DNA of 64,000 nt from Squalus acanthias. Lineage: Eukaryota. Numbering within the stretch: the first letter of the stretch is position 1; each line of letters begins with the position of its first letter. Under the pieces are notes generated by a model that searched no databases, was not told the DNA's origin, and saw only the letters and a list, made by a program, of their open reading frames with translations. The stretch covers positions 162,070,001 through 162,134,000 of the forward strand of contig CM059425.1 in NCBI GenBank assembly GCA_030390025.1. Reading direction: 5' to 3'. A program made the translations under genes and the position numbers. Below, one piece after another: positions 53,658 through 64,000 of the stretch.

Positions 53658-55415
53658 TTATTCCAAGTCAGCTGGTTCATCAGGAATATCCATGCCAGCT
53701 GGGTCATCAGGATCATGCACTTCAACAGATTCTTCAGGCACTTCCGCTGCTTCAACTCTTTTGGAAGCTTTCTTAAACATGTCCCGGATGTCTGCTTGCT
53801 TAGTGGACTCTTGCCTTTTCTGTAGAAAGGTGGAATGCAGAATATGGAGGTGCATAACTTCTTGGGCAGAGTAGCAAGGCTGCCTTTCAGCAAATTGGAG
53901 GATTGAAGCAAATCCTTCTGCAGCTTTAGCCCAAGAAATCTTCTTCTCTTCAGAAATCTCATCCTCTTCACTTTCCATCTCACTTTCCTTTTCTTTCTTT
54001 GGATTCAAAACATTCTCAATTATTTCATCATCACTTAGCATATGCACAACACCAACTTCTCTATCTGCATCAACCCACTGCTCGATATCACTTTCACTGA
54101 GGTGACGTAGAGGGTTTGCTGGGCCTACATTTTTCACCATGCCAGCCATTTCCATTATTGTACTCTTCTTGGGACGAACATTGAACCCATGAAATTCCTC
54201 CTCTGAAGAAGAACCTTCAGCAAACATTACAGAAGGCCACAATTTGCGCCAGGCTTGCCTCAGAGTGCGACCTTTCACCAAGTTCCAGGAACATGCAACA
54301 TTATAGATGGCATCTTTAAGATTGTATTCCTTCTGAAATGCGTGAATATTGTCATCTTGGTTTATCAGTTTACGTAGGAAGTCTTTCTTGTAATGACACT
54401 TCAGATTTTGGATAACGCCCTGGTCCATGGGTTGTATGAGAGAAGTTACATTTGGTGGCAAATAAATGGTGAAAATATTTCCCGAAACCAACTCGGATTC
54501 ATGCGGATGGGCTCTACAATTATCAAGCAATAAAATGCATTTGCTATCTTCAGGTTTCCCTATTTTACGGAAATGTTCCCTCACAGATGGAGCAAAAATA
54601 TGATGGAACCAATACGAAAAGATTTCCTTATCCATCCAAGCATTTTTTTGAGCTTTGTACTCAACAGGTAAGTGCCTCACATTTTTAAATGCACGGGGAC
54701 TTTTATACTTCCCAATAACAAGAAGTTTAACCCGGTGTGATCCAGCAGCGTTCGCACATGTTAGCACGGTTACACGATCTTTATTTTTCTTGTAACCTGA
54801 AGCATTAGCCTCACTAGCCCCAGCAAGCGTTGATTCTGGCAAAAACCTCCAAAATAAGCCAGTTTCATCGGCATTATATATCTGTGCTGGCGACAAATCA
54901 TGTTGCTGCACAATCCGATTGAAATAATCGCAGTATTCTTCTGCGGCATCATGATCAGCTGATTTCTTCTCCCCGGAAATATCGAGTCGTCGTATCCCGT
55001 GCCGTAACTTGAAGCACGTTAGCCATCCCTCGGAAAAAGCACACTTGTCAGTGAGCTCCATCCTTATGTAGAAATCCTTCGCTTTCTCGATTAGCATGGG
55101 TCCAGAAAGTGGAACACCCTCGGAACGCTTAAGAGAAAACCACTCATAAAGCACGGTATCCAGCTCTTCAAGCTTAGGCTTACGAAGCGTACGCCGTTTC
55201 TCTACACTCTTAGATGTCTCCGAGCTTGAATAAAACTTGAGCAGCTTATCCTTCTGCGATTTGATGTCGTAGATTGTTGACGAACCGATTTTGAATTCAT
55301 TCATAATGTTGATACGCTTCTCTCCCCTTTCTAGTCGTTGGCATATCTCAATTTTCTGTTTTAAAGTTAACACCACTCTCTTCCTTTTGCTTGGACCAAC
55401 TTTTGGGAATTCCAT
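53658..55415 (-). CDS. Intact pogo/Tigger transposase, 585 aa, Jerky (JRK)-like
   Basis: ATG at 55415. psq-type HTH ([16 protein letters not shown]), CENP-B HTH (LYEWF...FSEGWL..FK.RHGI), catalytic NADETG / LLLDN / QPMDQG with 32 residues between the last two Asp. No stops or frameshifts. Confidence 0.93.
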   Translation of the reverse strand: MEFPKVGPSKRKRVVLTLKQKIEICQRLERGEKRINIMNEFKIGSSTIYDIKSQKDKLLKFYSSSETSKSVEKRRTLRKPKLEELDTVLYEWFSLKRSEGVPLSGPMLIEKAKDFYIRMELTDKCAFSEGWLTCFKLRHGIRRLDISGEKKSADHDAAEEYCDYFNRIVQQHDLSPAQIYNADETGLFWRFLPESTLAGASEANASGYKKNKDRVTVLTCANAAGSHRVKLLVIGKYKSPRAFKNVRHLPVEYKAQKNAWMDKEIFSYWFHHIFAPSVREHFRKIGKPEDSKCILLLDNCRAHPHESELVSGNIFTIYLPPNVTSLIQPMDQGVIQNLKCHYKKDFLRKLINQDDNIHAFQKEYNLKDAIYNVACSWNLVKGRTLRQAWRKLWPSVMFAEGSSSEEEFHGFNVRPKKSTIMEMAGMVKNVGPANPLRHLSESDIEQWVDADREVGVVHMLSDDEIIENVLNPKKEKESEMESEEDEISEEKKISWAKAAEGFASILQFAERQPCYSAQEVMHLHILHSTFLQKRQESTKQADIRDMFKKASKRVEAAEVPEESVEVHDPDDPAGMDIPDEPADLE

Positions 55416-55453
55416 AATGCAAGATGGGGGAGATAATTCACGATAAAGATGGA

Positions 55454-55549
55454 GAGACACACAGAAAAATGGTGGATCAGAAGAGACTACCAGCAGCGCG
55501 GGAGACACACAGTAAAATGGCGGATCAGAAGAGACTACCGGCAGCGCGG
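55454..55549. repeat. Two-copy tandem repeat (48 bp) upstream of the transposase
   Basis: gagacacacag.aaaatgg.ggatcagaagagactacc.gcagcgcgg twice. Confidence 0.85.
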
Positions 55550-56849
55550 GAGAATCAGACTCCTGTTATTGCGGTGTTCGGACTTCCGACAGCGCCAGGA
55601 AGCCGAGTAGTGGCACTTTGGAGAACTACCCCCACTGACTAACTCGGCGTTCGCGGGAGACTCAGACTCGGCAACATTGCTGGTTATTGAGGAGTTGTTT
55701 TCGGAGTATGAATTTTGCCGGTTAATAGAGAATTCCAGATATTTAGGTGCCGTTTAAACGAGAGTTTCCTGTATATTTGTAGGGTGTATATAATGCGATA
55801 GTGGAGGGAATCTGGAAATGGAGCTCCAATATGCAAATATACAAGTACTTGAGTTTAAGACAAGAGAACTGCAGTAACCTAATTTCATTTAGATTAAAAT
55901 GCTTGTTTTTTGTACTATTATTTAACACTGTGTTTGCAAATTAACATTTAAATTTCAATTGCTTCAGACCTTTCCATCTGTAAAAATGATCTAGAAAATT
56001 CTGACCACACTGATGCCTTTCACATGTTAATCTTAAACAAATAGTTTACAGTGCCTGACTCATACTGGAGGAAATCCCTTAACAGTTGTTATTAATTCCA
56101 ACGTTTAACTGGCACAAAGCTAAGTGCCATCTACAAAATAGAACAGATGCAGATGTTGAAAAAAAGGTAAACAATCATCATATGGCCTGCAGCCAGATTC
56201 TAAGTAGATATATTAAACCCCAACTGAAGTGCATTTCCCCTATGGACTATACTTATTGCCACTTCATTTCCTACGTACTTTATCCGCAGTGTCGATCCTA
56301 GCACAGGGCTATTTTCAGTCTTTTTCTGACCCCTGGGGCCTAGCACTACCATAACAGCCATTAGTAGAGGGAATTGTGTGTGTCTGACATGGTCTGAAAC
56401 CAATTATTATATATTTTCTTCAGAATGATACCCAAGTCTACTGGGAATCAGCAATCATGAAATAATTTACCTCCTGATTTAATTCTTCCTGCACAAATTA
56501 GTTGTAGATTGTGCCGGCTGTACACAGCTGCATGTGACAAATTTCTGCCTTATCAAGATTATACTTCAAATCTTAAAAGAGAAGAAATAGATGAGCCTGG
56601 GGAATCCTGCTGTCTTTTGTGTTCTAAAAATCCATTGACAACTTGATCAGATATACTTATCATATCTATTCTCTGTAGATGGAAAATAACTAAACAATAA
56701 AAGAATGCTCAATACAGCAAGGAAAAATATCCGAAGGACGCAAATATCCTGTGTTCAGAAATTTAACACCCGTCTGCCTTTTTGTATTATATAGCGCTAA
56801 CTCTTTTTGGGCTTTAAGAATATATCAGAATCCAAACAACAGACAGTGG

Positions 56850-57692
56850 TTTCCCCCACCGCTATCAACTCACCTTTCAAAACTGCTATCATCAACTAGA
56901 GCTTAAAAAGCCCATCCTCAGCTGCTCCAACTTCTCCCAATTACCACACCATCTCCAATCTTCAATTCCGCTCTAAGGTGCTGGAATGTATTGTTGCCAC
57001 TGAGCTCCATGTCCACCTCTTCTGTTCTCGGCTCATTAATCTTATGGTCAAAGTCACCAATAACATTCTGTGACTGTGACCGTGGAGCTTTGTCCTCCTC
57101 GAATACGTCATGGCCTTCCACGTGGTCAATCACGCTATCCTCCTAAACTTCCACTCCTCCGTAATTCACCATTTAGCCTTCATATGGTTCTATTCCTACA
57201 TGTCCCAACGCAGCCAGCATATATCCTGTGTTGCTCATTTATATGCTGCATCATGATCCACAAACCCAAGACAAGCTTCCATATGGCAATGATATCCAGT
57301 TTTATGTGTCCAACATCACCCACACTTTGACAACTGCTGCTGTGCTGTCTGACTGCTTGTCAGACATCAAACGATCAATGAGCCAAAATGTTCTGGAGCT
57401 AGATCAAAGCCATCCGGTGTCACTCCATGGCTTCTCTTCACCCTTCCTCTGCAACCACCTCCAGCCCCATGTCTCTGCATGCTCCCTCTGCTCTTCTGAT
57501 CCTGGTCTACTGTGTGTTTGCCCCCTTACTTAACTCCACACTTTTTGAATTTCTCTTACTAACCACCTCTGCCTTCCTACATCTCTCCCCACCTTTAAAA
57601 GTCTTCCACTATGCTTTCAGCCACCTCCCTTAACTCCTTTCCATACTCCCCGCCATGAAGTGTATTGGGATGTGTTTGCTACATTAAAGGCA
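56850..57692 (+). mobile_element. Highly decayed L2 fragment
   Basis: ctgtctgactgcttgtcagacatc, gacaagcttccatatg and 3' motif gaagtgtattgggatgtgtt...ttaaaggc. Confidence 0.6.
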
Positions 57693-57694
57693 TC

Positions 57695-58482
57695 GGCCCT
57701 GAATTTGCAGTCGGGATGACGACGAACTGGCAGCATTTGCCGTCATTCCGCCTTTGAAACTGACCGCAACCTCGGGATTTGGCGCATGCGCAGGCGCGTG
57801 CAGAAATCCTGAAGTTGTGGTCTGTCATTAACAACTCCGAAACAGGCTGCACTCTGCCCCCGCCCCCCCCCCCCCCCCCCCCCCCCCCATCCACACAGAG
57901 CTGGCATTCTGTGTAATCAGCCAAATCAAGGAAACTAACGAAAACTTTGGCTCTTCCGCAGTAATTACGCCATAAATTTCCCACTAAAAGTTAGACCCAA
58001 AGGGATTAGGTGTAACTGGGGTTTTGACAGCATTATTACTGTTAAACAAATGTTAAGGGTCTGGAAATCTAATTTTAATTTTGTGCACTGTGAAATTCAT
58101 CCATTTTAATAAAAACTAAAATTAAGAAAATAAAATTAAAAAATAATTTAAAAAAAAAGGCTTTTCCATTTTTATTTCATGTGAGAGCCTCAATCTCTGT
58201 TTTGCTTTCTTTAACATTTTTTAAAAAGTTAGAATTTTAAGAGCTTACCCACCTCCTTTGTTCGCTGTCTGCGAGAATTCTGCGTTTTGATTGGCTGCTC
58301 AGACAACTTGTTGACATCACAGCAGTTTGCACAAGGGGATCCCCACTATACTTTGTTGATTTAAACTGAAGGTCGGAAAACCCAAAGTTCTCAACACAGG
58401 GATCATGAGATCCTTGTGCGAAGCATACTTCGGGGCCAACAGCAAACGCCTTCTCTTCACTGCTGACCGCAAATTCCAGGCC
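57695..58482. mobile_element. Harbinger-type MITE with the same termini as 41958-42589
   Basis: ggccctgaatttgc / gcaaattccaggcc; flanks atc/att. Confidence 0.8.
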
Positions 58483-58857
58483 ATTAAATTGTAGTATGGT
58501 ATTCACTGCATCAGACTTGTCTGGATGTCTAGGAATGGTATATATAGTAAATGCTAAATTGTAATTATTATAATTTGCTCAGAGTTACTTGAACTAAGGT
58601 AACATTGGATATTTAAGTTAACTATAAACAACCTGATTTAAATGAAATTCTAAACTGCATTAAATCCTGTTCGCCCACTGGGCCCTTTATCTTCCTTCTA
58701 CCCCCGCGTCCCCCCACCCCCCACCTCCCGTAAAGCACTTTAGCATATTTTCTATGTTAAAGGCACTATATAAATGCAAGTTACGGTCTTTGTTATATAA
58801 ACTGCATAATAGTTGACTTTTCAGTTTAAAAAAATGTCCAATAAGTTGCATTTATTC

Positions 58858-59252
58858 TACAACAACAACTTATATTTATAGCGCCTTCAACGTAGTAAAA
58901 CGTCCCAAGGCGCTGAACAGGAGTATTAAAAGACAAAAAATTTGACACCGAACCACATAAGGAGAAATTAGGGTGGGTGACCAAAAGCTTGGTCAAAGGG
59001 GTAGGTTTTAAGGAGTGTCTTAAAGGAGGAAAGAGAGGTAGCGAGGCAGAGTGGTTTAGGCAGGGAATTCCAGAGCTTATGGCCTAGGCAACAGAAGGCA
59101 CGGCCACCAATGTTTGAGCGATTATAATCAGGAATGCTCAAGAGGGCAGAATTAGAGGAGCGCAGATATCTCAGGGGGTTGTGGGGCTGATGGAGATTAC
59201 AGAGATAGGGAGGGGCGAGGCCATGGAAGGATTTGAAAACAAGGATGAGAAT
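58858..59252 (-). mobile_element. L2 3' end
   Basis: Reverse complement of 23220-23610; (caa)n tail. Confidence 0.88.
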
Positions 59253-60616
59253 CATACATAAACTGCACTCTTAAGAAGACATTAAAGCATGCATGAATTA
59301 CCACTCTAGTGGCTTCGTGGGAAAGTGTGCTATGTCACATGACACTGAACCCGGAAGATTTTAAGTCCAACCCACTGCCCCTGGAACTATACTCATGCAT
59401 AAATAGCTTTCAAAAAAGAAAGAGAGTAAGGAGAGAAATTTAGATTGAAAGTGAAAAAATAAATCCAATGTAATCACTGGCATTTGCAGTAATGACTCAA
59501 ATGATTAAAACTGTACTAAACATGTTGTGGTAATTCTCAGCTTGATACATGAAAATACTGTACCAACTGTAGTGACAAAAAAAATCTGTATTCATCATTA
59601 TAGTGCATGGTCTTCAAATAATAATTCCTTTCCTGCAAGGAAGCCATGTTAAGAAACAACTTGATCTTAATTAAAATTTGATGGGCAAATGGGCCAATTA
59701 ACATTGTATTTAGTTTTTGTGTCTAACAATCTAATGACCAGAAACTACACACAGACCACTCTAGCCACATTACCAAAGCCCAGATATAATGATGTTACAA
59801 TCAACCATTATCCAGTGGCTAGCCCTTCTTTTATATGGTATATGCTTGCAGACATAAATTTGTCATTAACTAGGTAAGCAACCTTCCAGCTCACAAATTA
59901 GCTGACTCCTCCCTATTTTTTTCCATCCTCTCTTGAAGATGCTGATTTATGCTAAGGTACAATACAATACAATATATCGTACAATATTTGAAGTCCTCAC
60001 TCAAGCTGCCATTCTGCATGTATGAGCTTAGACTGTGAATGTCAAAGGCAATTATAAGAGCCATCACAGCCAAGTCTGATCAAGCACTACAATAGCATGC
60101 ACACGATGCTTCCCGCAGGGACACTAGATAATGATCAGGGGCATGAATTTGAAGCAGAAGCTGGTTCTACCAGATACTTCCCAGTTTCAGCTGGTGATTT
60201 AAATTCCGGCTGACGGGCAGGCTGTGGAAAGATATTCCACCCACCCACCACTCTATATGAAGAAAGCATATTTGGAGGAGTTCCTGGGCTACCCATGGAA
60301 ATTCTGCCCATTCCACCATTATAAGGCCTTGGGAACTCAGGTCAGCTGAGAGTTGGTGTAAGTGGGCTCCATGTCTTTAAAAATAAAGTCAGAAAAAGCA
60401 AAAGAATGTAGTACACCCATATTATCTGAAAATTTTCTTATACATCAACCCCTTTTCTGTGTATATTTCCTTGACATACACAGCCAGAATACATACAAAA
60501 TGATACTGTTATGTTAAGCTACATTTTATTGCTTTTAAAACAAATATTTTCCTGTGGCCAGCACCATAAACCATTCTCGTAGTCCTCACTCTCCACATTA
60601 CCAGATGTTGGGCATA

Positions 60617-62147
60617 TAGAAACATAGAAGATAGGAGCAGGAGTAGGCCATTTGGCCCCTTGAGCCTGTTCCGCCATTTAATGAGATCATGGCTGATCAT
60701 CCAAATTCAGTACCCTGTCCCTGCTTTCTCCCCATATCCCTTGATCCCTTTAGCCTTAAGAAACATATCTAACTCCTTCTTGAATATATTTAATGAATTG
60801 GCCTCAACTGCCTTCTGTGGTAGAGAATTCCACAGGTTCACCACTCTCTGGGTGAAGAAATTCCTCCTCATCTCAGTCCTAAATGGCTTACCCCTTATCC
60901 TTAGACTGTGACCCCTGGTTCTGGACTCCCCGACTATCAGGAACATCCTTCCTGCATCTAGTCTGTCTAGTCCTGTTAGAATTTTATAAGTTTCAATGAG
61001 ATCCCCTCTCATTCTTCTAAACTCTAGCGAATACAAGCCCAATCGACCCAATCTCTCTTCATACGTCATTCCTGCCATCCCAGGTATCAGTCTGGTGAAT
61101 CTTCGCTGCACTCCCTCCATGGCAAGAACATCCTTCCTCAGATAAGGTGACCAAAACTGCACACAATACTCAAGGTGTGGTCTCACCAAGACCCTGTACA
61201 ACTGCAGCAAGACATCCTTGCTCCTGTACTCGAATCCTCTCGCTATGAAGGCCAACATACCATTTGCCTTCTTAACCGCCTGCTGCACCTGCATGCTTAC
61301 CTTCAGCGACTGGTGCACAAGGACACCCAGGTCTCGTTGCACTTCCCCTTTTCCCAATCTATTGCCGTTCAGATAATAATCTGCCTTCCTGTTTTTGCCA
61401 CCAAAGTGGATAACCTCGCATTTATCCACATTATACTGCATCTGCCATGCATCTGCCCAATCAGCCAACCTGTCCAAATCATACTGGAGTTTCTCTGCAT
61501 CCTCCTCACAGCACACACGCCCACCCAGCTTTGTGTCGTCTCAAACTTGGAGATATTACATCTAGTTCCCTCGTCTAGATCATTAATATATATTGTGAAT
61601 AACTGGGGTCCTAGCACCGATCCCTGCGGTACCCCACTAGTCACTGCCTGCCACTCGGAAAAAGAGCCGTTTATTCCAACTCTTTGCATCCTGTCTGCCA
61701 ACCAGTTCTCTATCCAAGTCAGTATCTTACCCCCAATCCCATGTGCTTTAACTTTGCACGCTAATCTCTTATGCGGGACCTTATCGAAAGCCTTCTGAAA
61801 GTCCAAATACACCACATCCACTGGGTCTCCCTTATCTATCCTACCAGTTACATCCTCAAAAAATTCCAGTAGATTAGTCAAGCATGATTTACCTTTTGTA
61901 AATCCATGTTGACTTTGTCTGATCCTGTCACTGTTTTCCATCTTTTATAATGGACTCTAGCATTTTCCCCACTACCGATGTCAGGCTTACCGGTCTATAA
62001 TTCCCCGTTTTCTCTCTACCACCTTTTTTAAATAGTGGGGTTACATTAGCTACCCTCCAATCCATGGGAACTGTTCCAGAGTCTATAGAATTTTGGAAGA
62101 TGACCAGCAATGCATCTACTATTTCTAGGGCCACTTCCTTAAGTGTT
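60617..62147 (-). mobile_element. CR1 LINE 3' half
   Basis: [49 protein letters not shown]; same subfamily as 19480-20642. Confidence 0.92.
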
Positions 62148-63326
62148 CTCTGGTTTGTAGTGAGCACAGGGCTTGCATAGAAACCCTTGTTCCAGCATTT
62201 AGTTTATTGGGTACAGCATGAGCCTTCTTGTGAGCACCTAGACTTTGGAAAGCAATAGAAAAAATGCTAACAGACTGTGGTTTAAGCTATAAACTACAGA
62301 ATAGGTTTGATAAAATTCATCGTTAAGCAGTAGTAAAGACAATACAGCAGTCTGTATTATTTTTATAGAACTTTTAGCTCATGCTTCCTCATCAGTTACA
62401 AAATAACAAAAGATGTGACATGTGGTAACACAATACAGCTTCCTGTGACTCGAACTTTATTGCATCACTTCCTGTGATTAGTCCAGGATAAATACTGGAC
62501 TGATCAGTTGAATCCTGGAGAGGCATAGAGTAAGACCTCTTTTGTATGTAGCACCTTTTTAGTTGATTAAAGCTTACTTTAAGTTCACCACGCGTAAGGC
62601 TCATTCTTACGACATGACACTTTGCTCACATGGAGATATATCCATACCATAACCTTTACGTGGGGTTTAGTTGGACCTGTGGGTCTCCAGCATGTCTAAA
62701 GATTTGGGCAGAAACAAAGGAAAACAAAATGTATCTCTCTCAAGATCAAAGAAATCTTGCGAATAAACATATTTAAAGAAAAATGGTTGCTGAATCCATG
62801 TAATAGGTGTCAGATCAAGACCATGTGACATCTCACTGCAAATTCCTTTAGTCTTAATGGACTAACCACAGAAAAAAGCTAGTCATTATGCCGAATTCTC
62901 AATTGAAGAAAATATATTCTTAAACATTTTACAAACAAAATTGATGTTCATGGAAAGAATGTCCTGGCTATTCAGTTGAATACAAAAGCCATGTATATCA
63001 TCTGCAGTATCTTATGTGTTTACAACTGACTGATAGCAACCAAAATTTGAAGTAACTGCCAGTTTCCTATGTATAGATATTAAATTATGTAGAACTACTT
63101 AGGAGAATTGAGATTGAAACTATCTATTTTTCTTAGTAAGGGAAAATAGCAAACCAAATTTAAAAAACATTAACATTGATTATCTCACTCCTGTTTCACT
63201 TCCCAGGTTTTCTTTCAGCTTCCTCTCTTGTTTCTTCCTTCCACAGAAGGAGGCTATTTGCCCATCATGCCTGTAGATGATGGAAGTAAAGAGAGAATAA
63301 AGAAGGAAAACTGAATAAGGAAAGAG

Positions 63327-63515
63327 TCTTTTGCGTCCACCTGAGAGGGCAGACGTAGCCTCGGTTTAACATCTCATCCAAAAGACGGCACCATCGACAC
63401 TGCAGCACTCCCTCAATACTACAAAGAATTGTCAACCTGGAATATGTGTTCAAGTCCGGAGTGGGACTTGAACCCACAACCTTCTGACTCAGCCAAGAGT
63501 GCCACTGAGCCAAGG
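63327..63515 (-). mobile_element. tRNA-derived Deu-domain SINE (SacSINE1/AmnSINE1-like), 5' part
   Basis: Box A tggctcagtgg, box B ggttcaagtcc, then gagggagtgctgca...gccgtcttttggatgagatgttaaaccgagg, matching the Deu core as I recall it. Confidence 0.78.
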
Positions 63516-63631
63516 TTGACAATGTATTGAGCTTTCATTTAAATAAAGAAAGAAATATGTAACTATCTGCACAACCACTAAACATATTAAAGTACTTTCT
63601 ATCAAAGTAAATAGCAATGGATTTCACTGAC

Positions 63632-64000
63632 CCACAGACTGTACTGCTCCCTTTTGTTTGTTTAAGCTTTTGTTTGTCTTCGCCGAATGCAGCACATTTT
63701 TCCTTAGCTGTTGCTCACAAAGCTTTTCAATCACAATGTAGAGTTCTTCTGCAATATTCTGTAGGTATGCATCATTAATAAACTTCAGTACTTTTGAATC
63801 ATCCACAAGTGTACGTAAAGCATACAAATCTTGTCTCATCATAGTACAAACCACAGGAATCATGTTTTCAAACCCATGAGCTACTTTGTCAAAACTGATC
63901 TCATCGGTGTTGGTCAAGACATTATTCTGCAGCAGATCTTGCACAGATTTGCACTGGATATTTTGATATTTGGTTAGAACTTCAGTTTCCGGGTACAAAA
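63632..64000 (-). CDS. KIAA0825: KIAA0825 orthologue, internal coding exon (5' part runs off the right edge)
   Basis: Translates LYPETEVLTKYQNIQ...KFINDAYLQNIAEE...KTNKSLNKQKGAVQSV, matching my recollection of human KIAA0825 LYPESEVIIKYQNIQ...KFIKETYLDTVTEE...KTSKSSSKHRGAVHAL. Donor G|GTCAGT at 63631, phase 1. Confidence 0.92.

Larger units (their letters stand above)
53069..55771 (-). mobile_element. pogo/Tigger-family DNA transposon
   Basis: TA TSDs (53067-53068, 55772-55773). Intact TIR CAGGAAACTCTCGTTTAAACGGCACC at the right; left TIR reads caggaaact...[SINE]...atccggcacc. Confidence 0.9.

Noticed and set aside
53658..55415. Calling the ORF the JRK gene itself
   Set aside because: It retains TIRs, TA TSDs and the full catalytic triad, so it is a transposon copy; orthology is not shown.
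55416..55508. 31-aa N-terminal extension of the transposase in the ORF track
   Set aside because: Non-ATG start inside the tandem repeat; JRK-like similarity begins only after the ATG at 55415.
57855..57890. Poly-C tract as a functional G-quadruplex (also 44495-44530)
   Set aside because: Simple homopolymer expansion, here inside a MITE; no evidence of function.
1..64000. CRISPR array or prokaryotic operon/defence system
   Set aside because: No repeat-spacer array; spliced eukaryotic gene context; every RT is a non-LTR retrotransposon type.

Overview
Vertebrate nuclear DNA, very probably a cartilaginous fish (shark): the repeat families are typical of elasmobranchs (HE1-like V-SINE, Deu-domain SINE, CR1/HER1-like LINEs, Penelope, Harbinger). 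The whole window lies inside one minus-strand gene, the KIAA0825 orthologue. I reconstructed six coding exons by hand with canonical, phase-compatible GT-AG junctions (63632->64000, 21114-21284, 17408-17499, 13321-13539, 1122-1387, 469-618); the last is one base short and frameshifts. The introns are a nested transposon landscape. Most notable: (i) a TA-flanked pogo/Tigger transposon with an uninterrupted 585-aa DDD transposase closely resembling mammalian JRK (Jerky), with one TIR broken by a SINE; (ii) a Penelope-like element with an inverted terminal duplication carrying minimal hammerhead ribozyme motifs on both strands; (iii) a roughly 3.25-kb single-ORF LINE whose 5' end is tRNA/SINE-like; (iv) a 1.48-kb solo LTR with a 5-bp TSD; (v) a two-gene Harbinger element split by three LINEs; (vi) a near full-length RTE LINE. 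Family and gene assignments come from motif recognition and recalled sequences, not database searches. Most entries of the ORF track are TE fragments or their antisense shadows. No CRISPR, rRNA or true tRNA gene was seen.
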